Shown here: positions 41,470-54,826 of the stretch, piece after piece
Layout: each line of letters begins with the position of its first letter
Numbering within the stretch: the first letter of the stretch is position 1
Assembly (NCBI GenBank): GCA_965153455.1
Contig: OZ234493.1
Span: forward strand, 28,138,213 to 28,202,212
Source: Sphagnum compactum
Lineage: Eukaryota
Direction of reading: 5' to 3'
Length of the DNA stretch: 64,000 nucleotides
Translations under genes and position numbers: made by a program
Notes under the pieces: generated by a model
Database searches by the model: none
What the model was told of the DNA's origin: nothing
What the model saw: the letters and a program-made list of their open reading frames with translations, nothing else

Positions 41470-42085
41470 TTATTGTGTTCCATGTTGTGATATTATATGA
41501 CACATAAACTATTATCTAGGTATGGTTGTTTTGCATTGAAGAAACATAAACATCCCCTTTTCATGCTTGACCTCTTTGACCTTCTTGATGTTTGTGGAGG
41601 AAAAATCAAAGTTTCAACAACCTTTTTTTTTCTTTTTTCTCCTTTCATTTCTTTATGGTGGATTGTAATAGAAGTTTTAAGTCATCATGTATGGTAAGAG
41701 TGTTGTCTAATGGACTGTATGCACAATCAAAATCTGCATGATTGTTGGCATTAAAAAAAATTCAGTTACAACATTACTTTGGAAACTGGACATAACAATG
41801 GTGGAACATGACATTGATAATGGAGTTGATGGTACCTAAGGACAAGGCTATCACTATCGGCTCTTGGAACACTCAAAGATCCCGGCTTGCTTTTTCTCAC
41901 TATCTCTTTAGTGAATTCACATGGGAATTCTGGTCTTGATTACTTGCCCTCCACAAAATCCATCAAGCATTCCCAAGGAATAATAGCAACCTGGGTTTCA
42001 TCCACCACTCCTTTGCCTACTGTTCTATATGGAGTCCACACAATATTTGTCTTGTCAAACAATCCTTCATGAGGTACTTGCATTT
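41470..42085 (-). pseudogene. SWIM-zinc-finger/MULE-derived family N-terminal fragment with in-frame stop
   Basis: MQVPHEGLFDKTNIVW...QVAIIPWECLMDFVEGK*SRPEFPCEF...KPGSL, GT-AG intron, then FDCAYSP...SMKRGCLCFFNAKQPY...IIYHNMEH. Resembles the plant SWIM-family motifs VALIPY...F..GE...CP..F and RGC.CHF.VK.LY. Confidence 0.65.
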
Positions 42086-44928
42086 TGCTCCTAACTTCTG
42101 AATTGCAGTAATTTCTGCTCTTGGAGTAGACTTGGGGAAACTTGCAAGAAGGTTGACCACAAACCCATTACCTGCCTCCATTGCATGAAAAGAGTTTGTT
42201 TTCTGCTAGCAATGGAAGGAAAAATTATGAGTGAGAACTGACCTGCCTAGTAAACCAGCCGCTGTTCCTGTTCTGCTACTGAACAACTTACACCAATCAA
42301 CTTTTCTTCAATGTTTCCTAAATCTTGAAGAAACAATGCCAATCTCCAACTTGAAAGACGATGATGCCAATGTTCTTTCCAAGTTTGTTTGAGGTTCTTC
42401 ATGCAATCTGAACACCACACCAAGTCTAGATCTCTAAACTTACCTGACTCATACACATAGGAATCTGAAATCCCATTCCAAAACATCGGTAGATTTTGTG
42501 TACATGTTCGCAATATGTCCTGCAGCCACGTCCTGCTGAAATGTCTTCAGATCCTTTTTCACGGGGAGAGCACGGCAAAGAGCAAATGGTGATGGAAGAA
42601 AAAACAGCAAACGGCTATGGAGAAAAACTGTGCTAGGAAGAAAAGACAACGATCCTTAACTGCAGGAATTCAACCGGGTTTGGGAAGCCTGGACCCGGAG
42701 AATTTTTGCTGATTGAGGCGACGAGTCCACTGCTAGTGAGTTGGACGGGCCCTACTTATTGACACCCGCATAGTTCGTATGGGGGTGTATAACGTCCTCC
42801 GTTTCGCAATGTACAGCCAAGAAGAAAGAAAATTGGGACTCCAATGTAGGCAAGAGCCAAGAAAATTCAAGTAACAATAAGGATAGCCTATAATTTGCTG
42901 CAAATCTCCAAAATCTCATGATAGTGGTTGTTCTAAACAGATGACAGACAGCTATCATGGTTTGAAACCACTGTAGTAATTCCAAAGAGACAATGGCCAA
43001 TTACTCTGGCCAATGAAAACACGCTTTGGATTGCAAATGTTGGGGATTTTGAACTAATGGGTCCTGTAGATGGAAAATGGAAATATGAATGATCACAAAT
43101 TCATTGTATTTTCCTGTTACCCCCCAAACTCAGGGATTCTGAAATCCCAAGGGAAAGGTTTTGGTCTACCCTGGCATTTAAGGGTTAATAACAATCTGAA
43201 TTCAATTGCACAAGACTAGTAATAAGGGTTTGAATACCACTTACTCTAGTAGCTATGATTTAACCATCTATGCAAATGCAAGGTCTGATCAGAGGCATCA
43301 AGGACAAGGAATTGTGTGATTTGGATCAAGGCTGTCATACTACAATTCCATGCAAATTTGGCAATTTCTTGGGAAGAAAATTGAGAAAGAACATGAAGTT
43401 TATAAATGTGAATGATTTATAAGTTTGGCATTGCAAACATGGTTACATGAGCAATGGCATGATAATGAAACAGTGAAACTATGAAGGTGGTTGAAGGTTT
43501 GAAAATCTCATGGAATGCAGCTAAAAGAATTTCTTTTTGGTGAAGGTTATGTTCATGGAAAGTTGCATTATCTACCTTCCTGAGGTCAAGACAAATGTGG
43601 AAAAGCAAACAAGTCTAAATATTTTTCCATGTTGACATTTGTGGTTAGAGAAGTGTGAACTCTCCTGGGAAAATACTATTCAAGTATGATTAAAGTAGGT
43701 ACTGTTCCATTTATTATATATAGAGAAATCCTGGTGGCACCAACATGTTCTGAGAAATTTAAACACTACAAATGATAATGTATATCAATTTCTACCATTA
43801 AAGATATCTCAAAATAGTAGAAAATTACAATTATATGATTTTGAAAACTAGTGCAGTCAAACAATGTACCTTGATGCGAAGAACTATCATTTCATAAGAG
43901 AGCAACTTAGAAACAGAGGTGAATTACATGAGTGCTAAATGTTAGCTTGCAGATTTTCTTCTTACCAATGCTCATTTGACAATTTTGCATGGTTTCAAAA
44001 GATTGAGCACCATAGCAACTACCCAGAGATTAGTCTTAGTGGGAGTATAATAGTGAATGACTTGATTGTTAGCAATCTGTGCTGGTTCTACACTTTTTTG
44101 ATAGAAGACATATCTTTGTTGTCACCACATACAAATCCCCAAACCCTTTGGCATAACATAATAGAAGCAAGGGTGGCGGTAGAAACCACCTAAACCATCT
44201 CTATGGTAAAATGCTCAAACACCAACCAACCTGCACCAATGTTTTTCATGAGTTACAACTCTTACCAGGTTTACATTGAAGTTTGGACAAAAATACAATT
44301 ATTTGAGTGCATAAGCAAATCACTTGCAGATGCACAGAATTGGATTTCTCCACATCCCAGATTCATAACTTGGCAGATCTACATAATTGACACAACATTA
44401 GCTGAATCTTGATTTCCTCACAAGTATTCACAGAATCAACAATTGTGTTATACCGATCCAGTATGGTACCCAGAAAGCTGTAATACTGTTCACCAAATGC
44501 ACAAATGTTCACCCATTCTACAGGTTCATGTTAACTAAAGCTTGCAATACTACTGTGCATGAAGGTCTCCTGTCGAATACTAAACCACACTGGACAGAAG
44601 AGCATATTGGTTTGATAATGAATTGATAGGGTAATGAATAGAGACTGGCATCTGATGTCACCTCCTGACACTTTCTGTACTTGTTGACAAAGGAACAGCT
44701 CTTTGTCTCTGTCTCTGACAAAACAAACAAACTTCAAGGAATCAGGAAGAACAATTGAAGGTCTAGCTGGCCTGTAGCCCAACAGTTATATGCATTTCAT
44801 TACCCATACATACCATGACTTCAGAATGCTATGATCAAATCATTATGTACAGCAGTACTTTGATAGTTTTCTTCACACTTTTCCAAACCTCTTTTTGGGT
44901 AATCCTTGTGACTTTGCTTGGAAATTCA

Positions 44929-47900
44929 TTAGGGTGTGGGGTTGGGGAAGTGTTCATGAACTGCATCTATTTCTGCCAATATTTCGTCACCAATGTCAAC
45001 ACCAGTTGCCTTGATTATCTCCTGCAGTTGCCATGTCTTTGTTGCACCAATGACCACACTTGCAACAAGTGGCCTCCTGAGCACAAAACCTGCACCCACT
45101 GTCGTAAGTGCATCATTCAACAAAACAACGATCTTCTCCTAGAACCAATATGATAAGTTGGTACAACCACAGCATATTGGACTCAAAACCCTTGGTCCCA
45201 CAAAATGATTGCACAAACCATGATGAGAAAGTCACTTACCAATTGCCAGAGCTACGGGGCTTATCCCATGCCGCTGTGCAATCTCCATATATGCCTGTGA
45301 TGTCATTACCAAAACAAAATATTTTATATAATGTATTCTCTTCATGTGTGGCTTTGCAACTAAAGAGTTAACACAAAAAAAGGCTACATACTTCTTTATC
45401 TGATATAAGTAAAAGGGGTGAGACAATACAGAGATGGCTGGTATGACGTTTGGCTTTGATAATGAGTATCGACACTCTGCCTCAGCATAACACCCTGCCA
45501 CCAAGACAAACAGAAACCTCAAAATTCTGAGCCACACAGCAACCGTGACTAATGAACAAGTGCCCCAACATTGATTGGTAGCACTCCTTGGACATTGTGA
45601 CACCTCTTTGTAGAGATTGTGTGGAAAGGGGAGAAACACCAGAGTTGTACCTCGATAGAGGTTGAGACGAGCATCAGGTGGTCCACCATCAGGGGTGAGA
45701 TATTTGCCAGATAGAAGCCCCATTGCCAGAGGACTGTATGCCAGCAAGCTCACTCTGTTTGAATCAACAACCAGACAAACACTGGCGTTGAACATAGAAT
45801 TTAACTTGGAGCCTGTCCTGTGATCAGTGGGATTGACAGCTGTGTTCTCCTAATTTAGTCTAATTCTTGGTAACACATGCAAAACTTTGCTTTACTACCA
45901 TCAGACAGTAGAATGGGCAATAGAAAACAAGACTCCATAAAAGGGCCTCACAAGTGTTGAGATTTCATCATTTGATACACAAAATTTTGTCTCCAAATAT
46001 GCACAATGCAGAGTATTCAAACCTGTGATGGTGGCAACATTCGGCAAGCGTAGTGTCAAAAGTGCGGCACAGCAGATTATAGGCATTCTGTTCCAAGGAT
46101 CCAAAAATGTTTATAGGTCAAAGAAAAATTGATTATGCAGGAAAATCAAGAGATGTCATGCTGTAAGGAGTTGTGAACTATCCTAAACAGATCTGGAGTT
46201 CCCAAAATTCTATGGATCTATGAACACTCATGAGAACATGAATGGAATGGTATCAACCCTTCACATGAATAACACAAACCTGACCTTCACAGGAGTCAAG
46301 ACCAAGGAAAGGGGACTCTCTTAGAAAGGAAAATAGTCAATCTCAACAGTTGTGCCCTAAAAAGCACTCTTGTTCAAGTTCCAGTTTTGAGCAGTCTCTA
46401 CATCTCTATCATAGACTCCATGAAGAGTCTGACTCATGTCAGAGAAAAAGTATGTCAAAAAATTGACCTGAATAGAGACAATTTGAGGCAGTTGCTTATC
46501 ATACTTGGCAAGACGACAAAACTCCATTATGCCAAATGCTGTCTCATTGCTCACACCCACATGCCTGATCTACAACACCATGGCTTAAAAACAATCAGCA
46601 ACATGATGATTAGACTCAAAATTGTGAATTCCAAAATAGACATAAAACAATACAACTTTGTGTACAAGCAGATAGAAAACATCAAAACTGTATAAAATGA
46701 TACCATGACTACATGGTTGTAAACCTGGCAACCAGTTGTGCTGCAAAAGAGCATAGGGTGCAAAAAGAAGAGCAACCTTGCCTGCATCTATAGCAGCAGC
46801 AAGAACTTGAAGTTGCTCCTCAATTGGGACAGATTTGTAGCTGCTAGAAGGATTGTAATCAACGTCCCCAAACATTGGTACATATCTTCCATGAACAATC
46901 CCCAACAGCCACCAAATAAGCTTCCAGTAAAACTGAGTAGGGTTTTGAAAGATGCAATGCAATCTTTTTGAATAAAGAAGGGTGGATAATCTTCAAAACA
47001 AACATCAGCAGAGGCAAACCTGTCAGGCCAATGCAGCTGGTATATATCAATGTAGTCAGTACCCAACCGCTTTAAGCTGCAGTGATAGAAACAATCAATT
47101 TGAGAATTGGTGAGAATGGCACACAATTGAAATAGAATAGAAAACACCACAGCATTGGACATCCAAAACAATGTTTGAAAATTGGTTTTAACTAAAAGGG
47201 AATGTTCTCTCATGAGGAAAGCAATGCTAGAAATGAGTCAATATTCTATATCCTGGTATGACCTGCTGTCAAGGGCATCTCGAATGTTCCAAGCATCTAA
47301 CGACGGTGGTCCCCCACGTATCCAAGTCATTTGCCCTGATGGTCCAGTAACCTATACAATGGCAGCATCAGGTTAACTGGTAGTAATTCTTTGTGGAGAG
47401 ATTTTTAACACCTACAAGTGAACCCAGGAAAGTCTTTGAGAAATGGCTAAAGAATACCACAGTTGCCATCTTTAATCTAAAACATCCAGGCATCATCATG
47501 GTTTCAACATCAAACTAGACCTTTGCTTCAATAGTATATCTCTCCTAAGAATTGAGAAATCTTCATTCTCATGATTAAGAAACAGCGAAGCAAGGTTAAC
47601 ACTTCTTCAACAAGCCACAGAGAATTCCAAAGAAGGAAGGACAAGACAGAGAACAAAGGACCAAGAAACAAAAACCAAAAAAGAACAAAAATAATAAAAG
47701 ATGAAAGCAGTCCCACACCTGTTCAGGGACCATCAACAGTAGCATGTATGATAGTGACTTCTCTATCACAACTTACCCACTGACTTTATCAGCTCCCTAC
47801 AGTGGGTAAAGGCCAGTGAAAACACTAAACCTGCATACCAAGTTTCTGCTGCAAATCTGGAAGCAACAGGAAGACTCAGCCATGCTACTGGCTAGCAACA

Positions 47901-49387
47901 AACAACAACACAAGGAGATAACAAAAAACAGAAAGACACAACAGAATAGACAAAACACATAGAAAAGGACAGCAGGGAAGAACAAAGATCAAGTGGGCTT
48001 ACAAGAAGCTCCTCACTTACAAGACTATACAGAATAATTCAGAAAACTCCAAATGCTGAAATTCCAAAAAGGAATTTTTCTTTATTGAGCAACCCTCTAG
48101 TCCTCTTTAACAGAATCTTTAGAGGGTAGCCTTTATTCTTCAGAAGGACAATAAGACTGATCATCTGAGACACAACAACTCTTTACAACTACGAAGCCTC
48201 AAAAACCTGTAAAATTGACTATTGATAACTCCCAACTTAGCAGTAATTGAGATACTGGAATGAACATGAGGCTTATAATCATTTCAATATCTGCATACTC
48301 TGGTTGAGAATGTTTGTCAAAGAAATCACAGGATAAACCTTGAGGACTTTGTTTCACAGCTAGATCCAAGAAGCTACAAGAGAAGCCTTTAGCACAATTC
48401 AACTCACTGAAGCTGCAACAAGTCTAACTTTGCAGGCCATGGATCATCTCCTGTTGCAACAAAAAGGGATAAAAAATACATTAACATTCTAACCTTCAGT
48501 GACATCAGTTTCTGCTTCAAAATATGTCACATGCATACCTAAAGAAAGAAAATTTCTGCTATCAACTAGAAGTGGTACCTTGGTGGCCAGCACAACATGG
48601 TCACGAGAATACTTTGATTGCTTCAGCCATCGCCCCACATACTCTTCAGTCCTTCCTTGTGTCTCTGCCCGCTGTGGTACAGGATACCTGCACAGCACAC
48701 CCCATTGCTTCTTGATTAAGCTCAAAACCAACACTAATGGCTCAACAGTTAGTGAAGAGGAAAACTGTTAAGCCTCCAGCTAAGATCTGGAGTGCAAGGA
48801 ACAGTAGATTTATGGAAACCTTTCTACATCATATGAATCTCCAATCCCCCATGAGGATGGAAAATTGAGGAAATACCCATAGAACATGTGCTGTCATTGC
48901 TTTGGTTATGAATTGAGATCGCAGGACACAAGAATCTGAACAATGTAGATAGCAAGCTCGCAAAATTTCTTCGAAATATATACCAAAGAATACCATCTGG
49001 TTTTGAGAAACGGCCACTTTAAACGTCTTCATCTTTTGTATTTGGAGGAACAGAACCTCAGAGCGAACGTAGTTCACTTACATTTCGGCAGTGTCGAAGA
49101 AGTTAATCCCTGTCTCGGTGGCCATGTTCAGCTGGTCGCAGGCATCCTCAAACGTGTTCTGCTCCCCGTACGTCATTGTTCCTGCGGAAAATTAAGAAGA
49201 TAACAGTCATGCAAACATGTAGTGCGCCCTTCGCAACAAGGGCTATTCTTCACAGCACGAGGCGCTCGCAATGTGTAACGAAGACAAATTAGGAGAAACG
49301 AAGACGGAGGAAATGTACAAACTACAGACCGAGGCAGAGTCTGGAGACTTGCAAACCAGGTGCTAGCGCGACACACGGCATGGCCAT
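44929..49387 (-). CDS. Tas-like NADP(H)-dependent aldo-keto reductase, about 12 exons
   Basis: VSRLCLGTMTYGEQN, GINFFDTAEMYPVPQRAETQGRTEEYVG, VLATKV, SLKRLGTDYIDIYQLHWPDRYVPMFG, GVSNET, LLAYSPLAMGLLSGKY, SVVIGATK, HEHFPNPTP*. Confidence 0.95.
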
Positions 49388-50259
49388 TTTTCCTCCCTTT
49401 TCGTGTGCAGACAGCGATAAATTAGACTTCAGCGACTAAGATTGGAGAGGGCGTCGCTTAAGACAACGTCGCATCCTATCAAACAGCGCTGAGGAGAACA
49501 AAGCGTCAAACCCTAGCCCTAAGGTACGTCCTCGTGTTTCTTCGACAGCCGAGGTCGACGAAGTCGATACAGGAAGGGACCGACTCAACGACGCTCGCAT
49601 TTCCTCTAGTTGCTGTTCACCGTTGCTTGGCAGCTCATCGGACAAAGTCGTGGACAGCAAGACAAGAAAAATCGTGGTGAGAGGACAAATCGGTGGAGGA
49701 GACGAGGAGACACAGCACTTGCCACTCAACGAAGAGGCCTTGAATGCCCTGTGAGGAAGAGAAGGAAGAAGAAAAAATGGCAAAGGTGGACAGAATCACA
49801 AGGATTCTGTCCACCTTTTCCTTAAGAATGAGTTCGTTGCTTTCTTTCCGTGTATATATGTCCAGTAGCTTCTTGTCAGTTAATTTGTTGAGGGTTGGGA
49901 TACAGAGCTTGTTAGTTGGGACAGAGGCACACTATCCGCACCTTGTGCAGCTTTCACTTGTTGGTTGAGCTGCAAGATTGCAGAATTGTGACCACAGAAT
50001 TTTATGACCTTCAATTCATGGTCAAGTGTATGAGTGTGAGCCGTCTCACCTATCCTCACAAGATTGACAGTAGAACTGTCTTCATTCTTCTCCAGATGCT
50101 TGGATGAGCTGAATGTGGCAACCACTGCATGTAGTGCCTGGGTTTGTGAAGATCGTGTAGCAGCGCTGTTTTACCATCAGTGGAAGACTTGACTTGAGGA
50201 AATTTGATTGGTAATCTAGATATATTCTTACATCACACAATCAGAATTGAATTCGCAGG

Positions 50260-53200
50260 ACAAGAAAAATGTCAAGTTCCTCTTGAAAAATCTTCAAGTC
50301 AGTCTGAGAATTATTTCCGCATTACAGTGGTACCATGTAAAGGGCAAAAGGCCTAAATCAGGAGTGTGCCAACCATATCCTGTGGATCAAGCTCATTTGA
50401 GCATTCCAAAGAATCAAAAGCTGCTCCTTTAGGTACTTCCAATATAAATTGATTCATCATATTTTTCTTCGCTCTCTGTGCCAGACAAGAATGATTCATC
50501 ATGCCTGTGATCATGGCTTCACATTCACAAAACAATGACCAAGAAAAAAGTCATCTGACAATATGCGGAAACAGCTATGGAAATGAACATTTTGATAAAA
50601 CTCTGAAGGGGTTGCTCAAGTGAGGAGAAATTTAACTGCTCTCATACACTTTGAAATGCTTTGAGAGGTCAGAAAAATGGTAACATTTCCTCACCATGTT
50701 GTCAAGTTAAAAAATTCATATACTGTAGATGCAAACAGTTTTTGCTTTAATCATGCAATACTACTGCTGGAGGGCAACAGGATTTCAAACAAGTTACACA
50801 GTTCCAATAAACTATACCTATCTGTAATTCAATCACAAGATTAAAATGAAAAAGGAGTTGGTGTGGAACCTCAAGAAGTTTGTCACTTGACCAAGCAAGT
50901 GATGGAACATTGTAAGAACGAAGCACAGGCCAAATCATAAGCAATGAATTGTTGAATGCTCTGATATATTTTTTGAAGTTCCTCTCCTTCATGCACTGCA
51001 CTCCTCATTTCCACTGACCAACCAAATCAAACTTCTGGTGCTCGGCATCAATGACAAGAGCATGCAACAGTGGCCTCAAGCTCTTGTGGGCAGCCACAGA
51101 AATTGCCTGGGTTTGCACCTTGTTTCAGGTGTTCCACATCACAGTGAACAAGAACACAGTCTCTGAGTTCTGATGGCTTAGGTTGAGATTACTAACTTTA
51201 TCATATGCAAAACTTCACACATTCAGGCACACACAAGACTCTGGTTTTAAAATGAGGCCTACCCTGATATCAGGGGGCCACTCTAACTTCTTTGCAAGCC
51301 ATCTTTCTTTGAATGCCCCCTGTACATGTCTGCTTCGGTCATTCAGCATCCATGGATATAATTTTAGCAGCGGTGAAAATAATGCACCTTCAAATAACAA
51401 GCTTTTCTCATTTTGAAGTGTTTCTAACAGGGTCCTCTGATATAGAACTAGAAATGGGACTTCCTCATTGGACATGAGTATTATTCTTGGAAGCAGCCTG
51501 CAGTTTGTGAGAATATGTGAGACAGATTTTATCCTCCATCTGCAGTAAGATTGTGGTCTCATTGTTCAATCGATGAAGCAGGTCATTTCTGCAAGTCTCT
51601 GAAGGAGCTGAAGACTCTGGATTCTAGATTCAAATTTGAGTTGACATTTAGACTCTGGCCCAGAAGATAAGAGGATGGTGAAGAGATGTAAGCTAAAAAT
51701 GGGGGCATTTTTTTCTTGTGCAAAAGTATATAAGCTTCATGGCATGAGACTCTATGGCTGAGGGTCAAGGTCTATGAGGCCCCAAAAGCTTCTCTGTTTG
51801 CAAAATTTCACATGCTGCATTTCCTTTTTCAGTTCCGTTCATTGGAAAATGTGGAACATTCTTCATAGCCATATATAACCAGTTTTAAGAGGACTTCCAG
51901 AGCAAGTCTCACTAACCTGGAATACCTTCTCTGAAATTCTGGAAGGTTATAAAAGTGAAGCTGTAACAAACATGCATCCTGTCCTTTTGGCTTTGCTGAC
52001 CCTTGAGAAACCCCTGCAATTACCACTTCTTAAGGTCAATGCTAGAATCTTGAAACTTCATCTTTTATTCAAAAATGATGCTATTAGCTTGCAACCAAAG
52101 AAAACTCTGTTTTTTCCCTGGAGCTGGAGAACATGAATATTCTGTTGCATCAAGGTAGAGAGATCGGAGTAGCAAGGTCAAACTATCAGAACAAGAAGGA
52201 CGCAGTCTCTGGGTTCAAGGATCTGGGTTGGGGCTCAGGGTTGAAGGTCAGATTTTATGGTTTGACTTTCAGATTTCACTTTATGGTCTACAAATACAGA
52301 ATTTCAGTTTGAGAAAATTAGCGAAAGAGAAGGGTCAACCTGGGACCATATGCAAGTCTGCAAGTTCTAGGGGACCTCCAATATAGCCAACATAGAGGGG
52401 CAAGTCAATGCTTCTTTGCTCCAGAAGCTCCTCCAATTCTTGTGCTGTATTAGGAAGGTCAAGCATTGCCCATGCACATGTAATCTCCCTCACCTCATTC
52501 CACTCATAAGAAGAGGCCACAGATCCACTCTCTGCCATGTTTAAATAGCAAGAATGAAGTTATATGGCTTTTTGGTCATGTCGTTGATCAATACATCAGT
52601 AACTTTCTGTGCCCATAAATTGAATTCATTTTCCCATGCAGTTATGACACTCTAATGGGTATGAACCTACAAAGGGTAAAAGAAACCCCGAATTTTGAAT
52701 ATTGGTCTTTGATAGGATATAAGTCTTGAATCCAAATCTGATCAAGTCTAAACGTTCTATACTCGCTTCTCTAATGTTCATCTCTGTTGAGTTGGGTCTG
52801 GAGTCTTTGAGTTTTCCTTCTGCTTTCTTTGCTATCGAGTGAGAGTTCAAGAGAACAAAATTTCCTACCAGAAAAAGTGTCAAATGCAGTGTTGACTTCA
52901 AAATAAAGGCAGAGTCCAATCTGGTTATACTGTAATAAGCATCGACTTCCTCCCTGGAGAAGACAAACCACCATGCATTAGTATTTCCTCGAATACTATA
53001 TATCTTGCTAATCCACTAGTGGCAAAATCAAGGACATTTTCAGTTGTGTGCAAAGTAGCCCACTAAAACCAGTGATCACAAAGTAACAGTACCCAAGAAC
53101 ATGTGTATGAAAGTCTTAAGGCCAGATTTAGTTTTGATATGACCACATTAGGTTGGTCGGCTTTAGACACATAAACAAACAATGGGAGAGGTCCTACGTA

Positions 53201-54826
53201 CAAGTGAGGTCAGTTCAGATAGGTGATAATGAGGAGAACATCTTCTTGAAGCTACAAAACCATAGTTCAGTGCCCAGTGAGGAAACCTTGTGAACAAACA
53301 CCCAGGGGTCTTCCTCATTGATGGCCTTGGCTCCCAAAAATGCATGTGCATTGCCCACAAAGTTCAGTCCATCAAATAAACACACACAGACAATTCTACT
53401 GAATGGAGAACACTTCTTCAACCCTGCAATAACATTCATACATAATTGTTGTTGTAAGTTTTTGCACATCTTGTTCCTTCACATCTTAAAAATGGGTTGA
53501 AGATGACTCTAAAAACAACTGGGTATGTGGACATACCAGTAACAGGAACATTCCAGACAGCAGTAACAGCAACATCAAAACTCATGACCAACTCCTGCAA
53601 GTGAATGTATGCCACCTTAGAATACTATCCTGTTGGTTAATGAGTGGATTAACTTGTAATCTCAAAATTATTGCAATGTATCTCTGACTTTTATTTCCAA
53701 AAACTGGCCCACCCAAAGCTGAAACACTAAATTGCACAAACACCATCCCTTGTCCTCTTCATGTGGTCTTGTCTCCTTTACTCCACTAAAGCCCTTAGGA
53801 AGGACTTTTCCCTTAATATTCCTTCCTAACACCCACTTTCACAAGTTCCAGACAGTAGTTTTAGGATTAATGTGAAAAAGGTAAAGGATTCAGAGGGTGG
53901 AATAAGAGTGAAGTTGACCTGTAGAGGTGCATTTTGAGAATCACCAGGTTTTGAGTTGGACACTAAATCCTTGAAGCCTGGATCATTGAGTGTGGGGTCT
54001 GGTTGTAGAGATGAAGATAGTAGTAGGTCCCCTACTTCCCAAATGCCCCTAATCATACTATGAATGGTTCACTATGTATGACACATCAAGAATTGTTCAA
54101 ATAGACCATGACGAGTCACAGACACATTTAGTGTAAATTGCAGCATAAACAGGAAATGAGAACTTCATAATGACCATAATCTTTATGACCTAATAATTTG
54201 GGTATAATTTCAAACATGCTGTTTCTGCCACTAGTGTTAAACATTAACAAAGTGCAGATTAGCAAACAGAATAGAAGGACGTATGTTTCCTGTAACCTAA
54301 GGACACAGAAAAAACTGAACATCTAATATTGGCTTTAATGAGAAGTTAACATGATCAATGCTCCGTAACCTAAAAAAACTAAAAATGATATCACCCACAA
54401 AGGAATATATGATTTGTGAGATAGACCTTTCACAATAAGGAGCTCCAGCACAGAGGGCCGGCAGGTGGGTGACATGCCACCCAGGCTGTGAAAGAACCTC
54501 ATTGCTGCTGTCTCACAGTTGATTTCCACACACGTTTGAGATTGTGGTCTCTTCCTATGCAAGCCTGTACACATAATTGTCAATAGTTTATCAACCCACA
54601 GACACAGAAACTTAAACACATCCAGATACAACATTCCATGAACTAAAAGCCTGCCAACTAAACAGATTGTCCTTTAAGGTTTAGTAAAAAATATTATGGA
54701 ATTATAACTGTCATTGTTCTATCACTTCTCTTACTTTCTAATTGAAGTCTCTCCAGCAATAATTTGATGTGTCAGGAACCAAAACAACTGAGGCTTGAGA
54801 AACAAATTACTTGAATGTTTGGACAT
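50260..54826 (-). CDS. NPHP1: Nephrocystin-1-like protein (nephrocystin homology domain); 3' end and start uncertain
   Basis: Ten phase-consistent GT-AG exons (54826-54811, 54564-54427, 54031-53919, 53594-53537, 53423-53287, 52953-52869, 52531-52340, 52013-51917, 51497-51263, 50995-50870) give 399 open codons. Motifs LGGMSPTCRPSVL, LQPDPTLNDPGFKDL, SRIVCVCLFDGLNFVGNAH, LYFEV, EITCAWAML, LLPRIIL...LVLYQRTL, PLLKLYPWML and WPVLRSYNVPSLAW are colinear with human NPHP1 as recalled. Confidence 0.8.
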
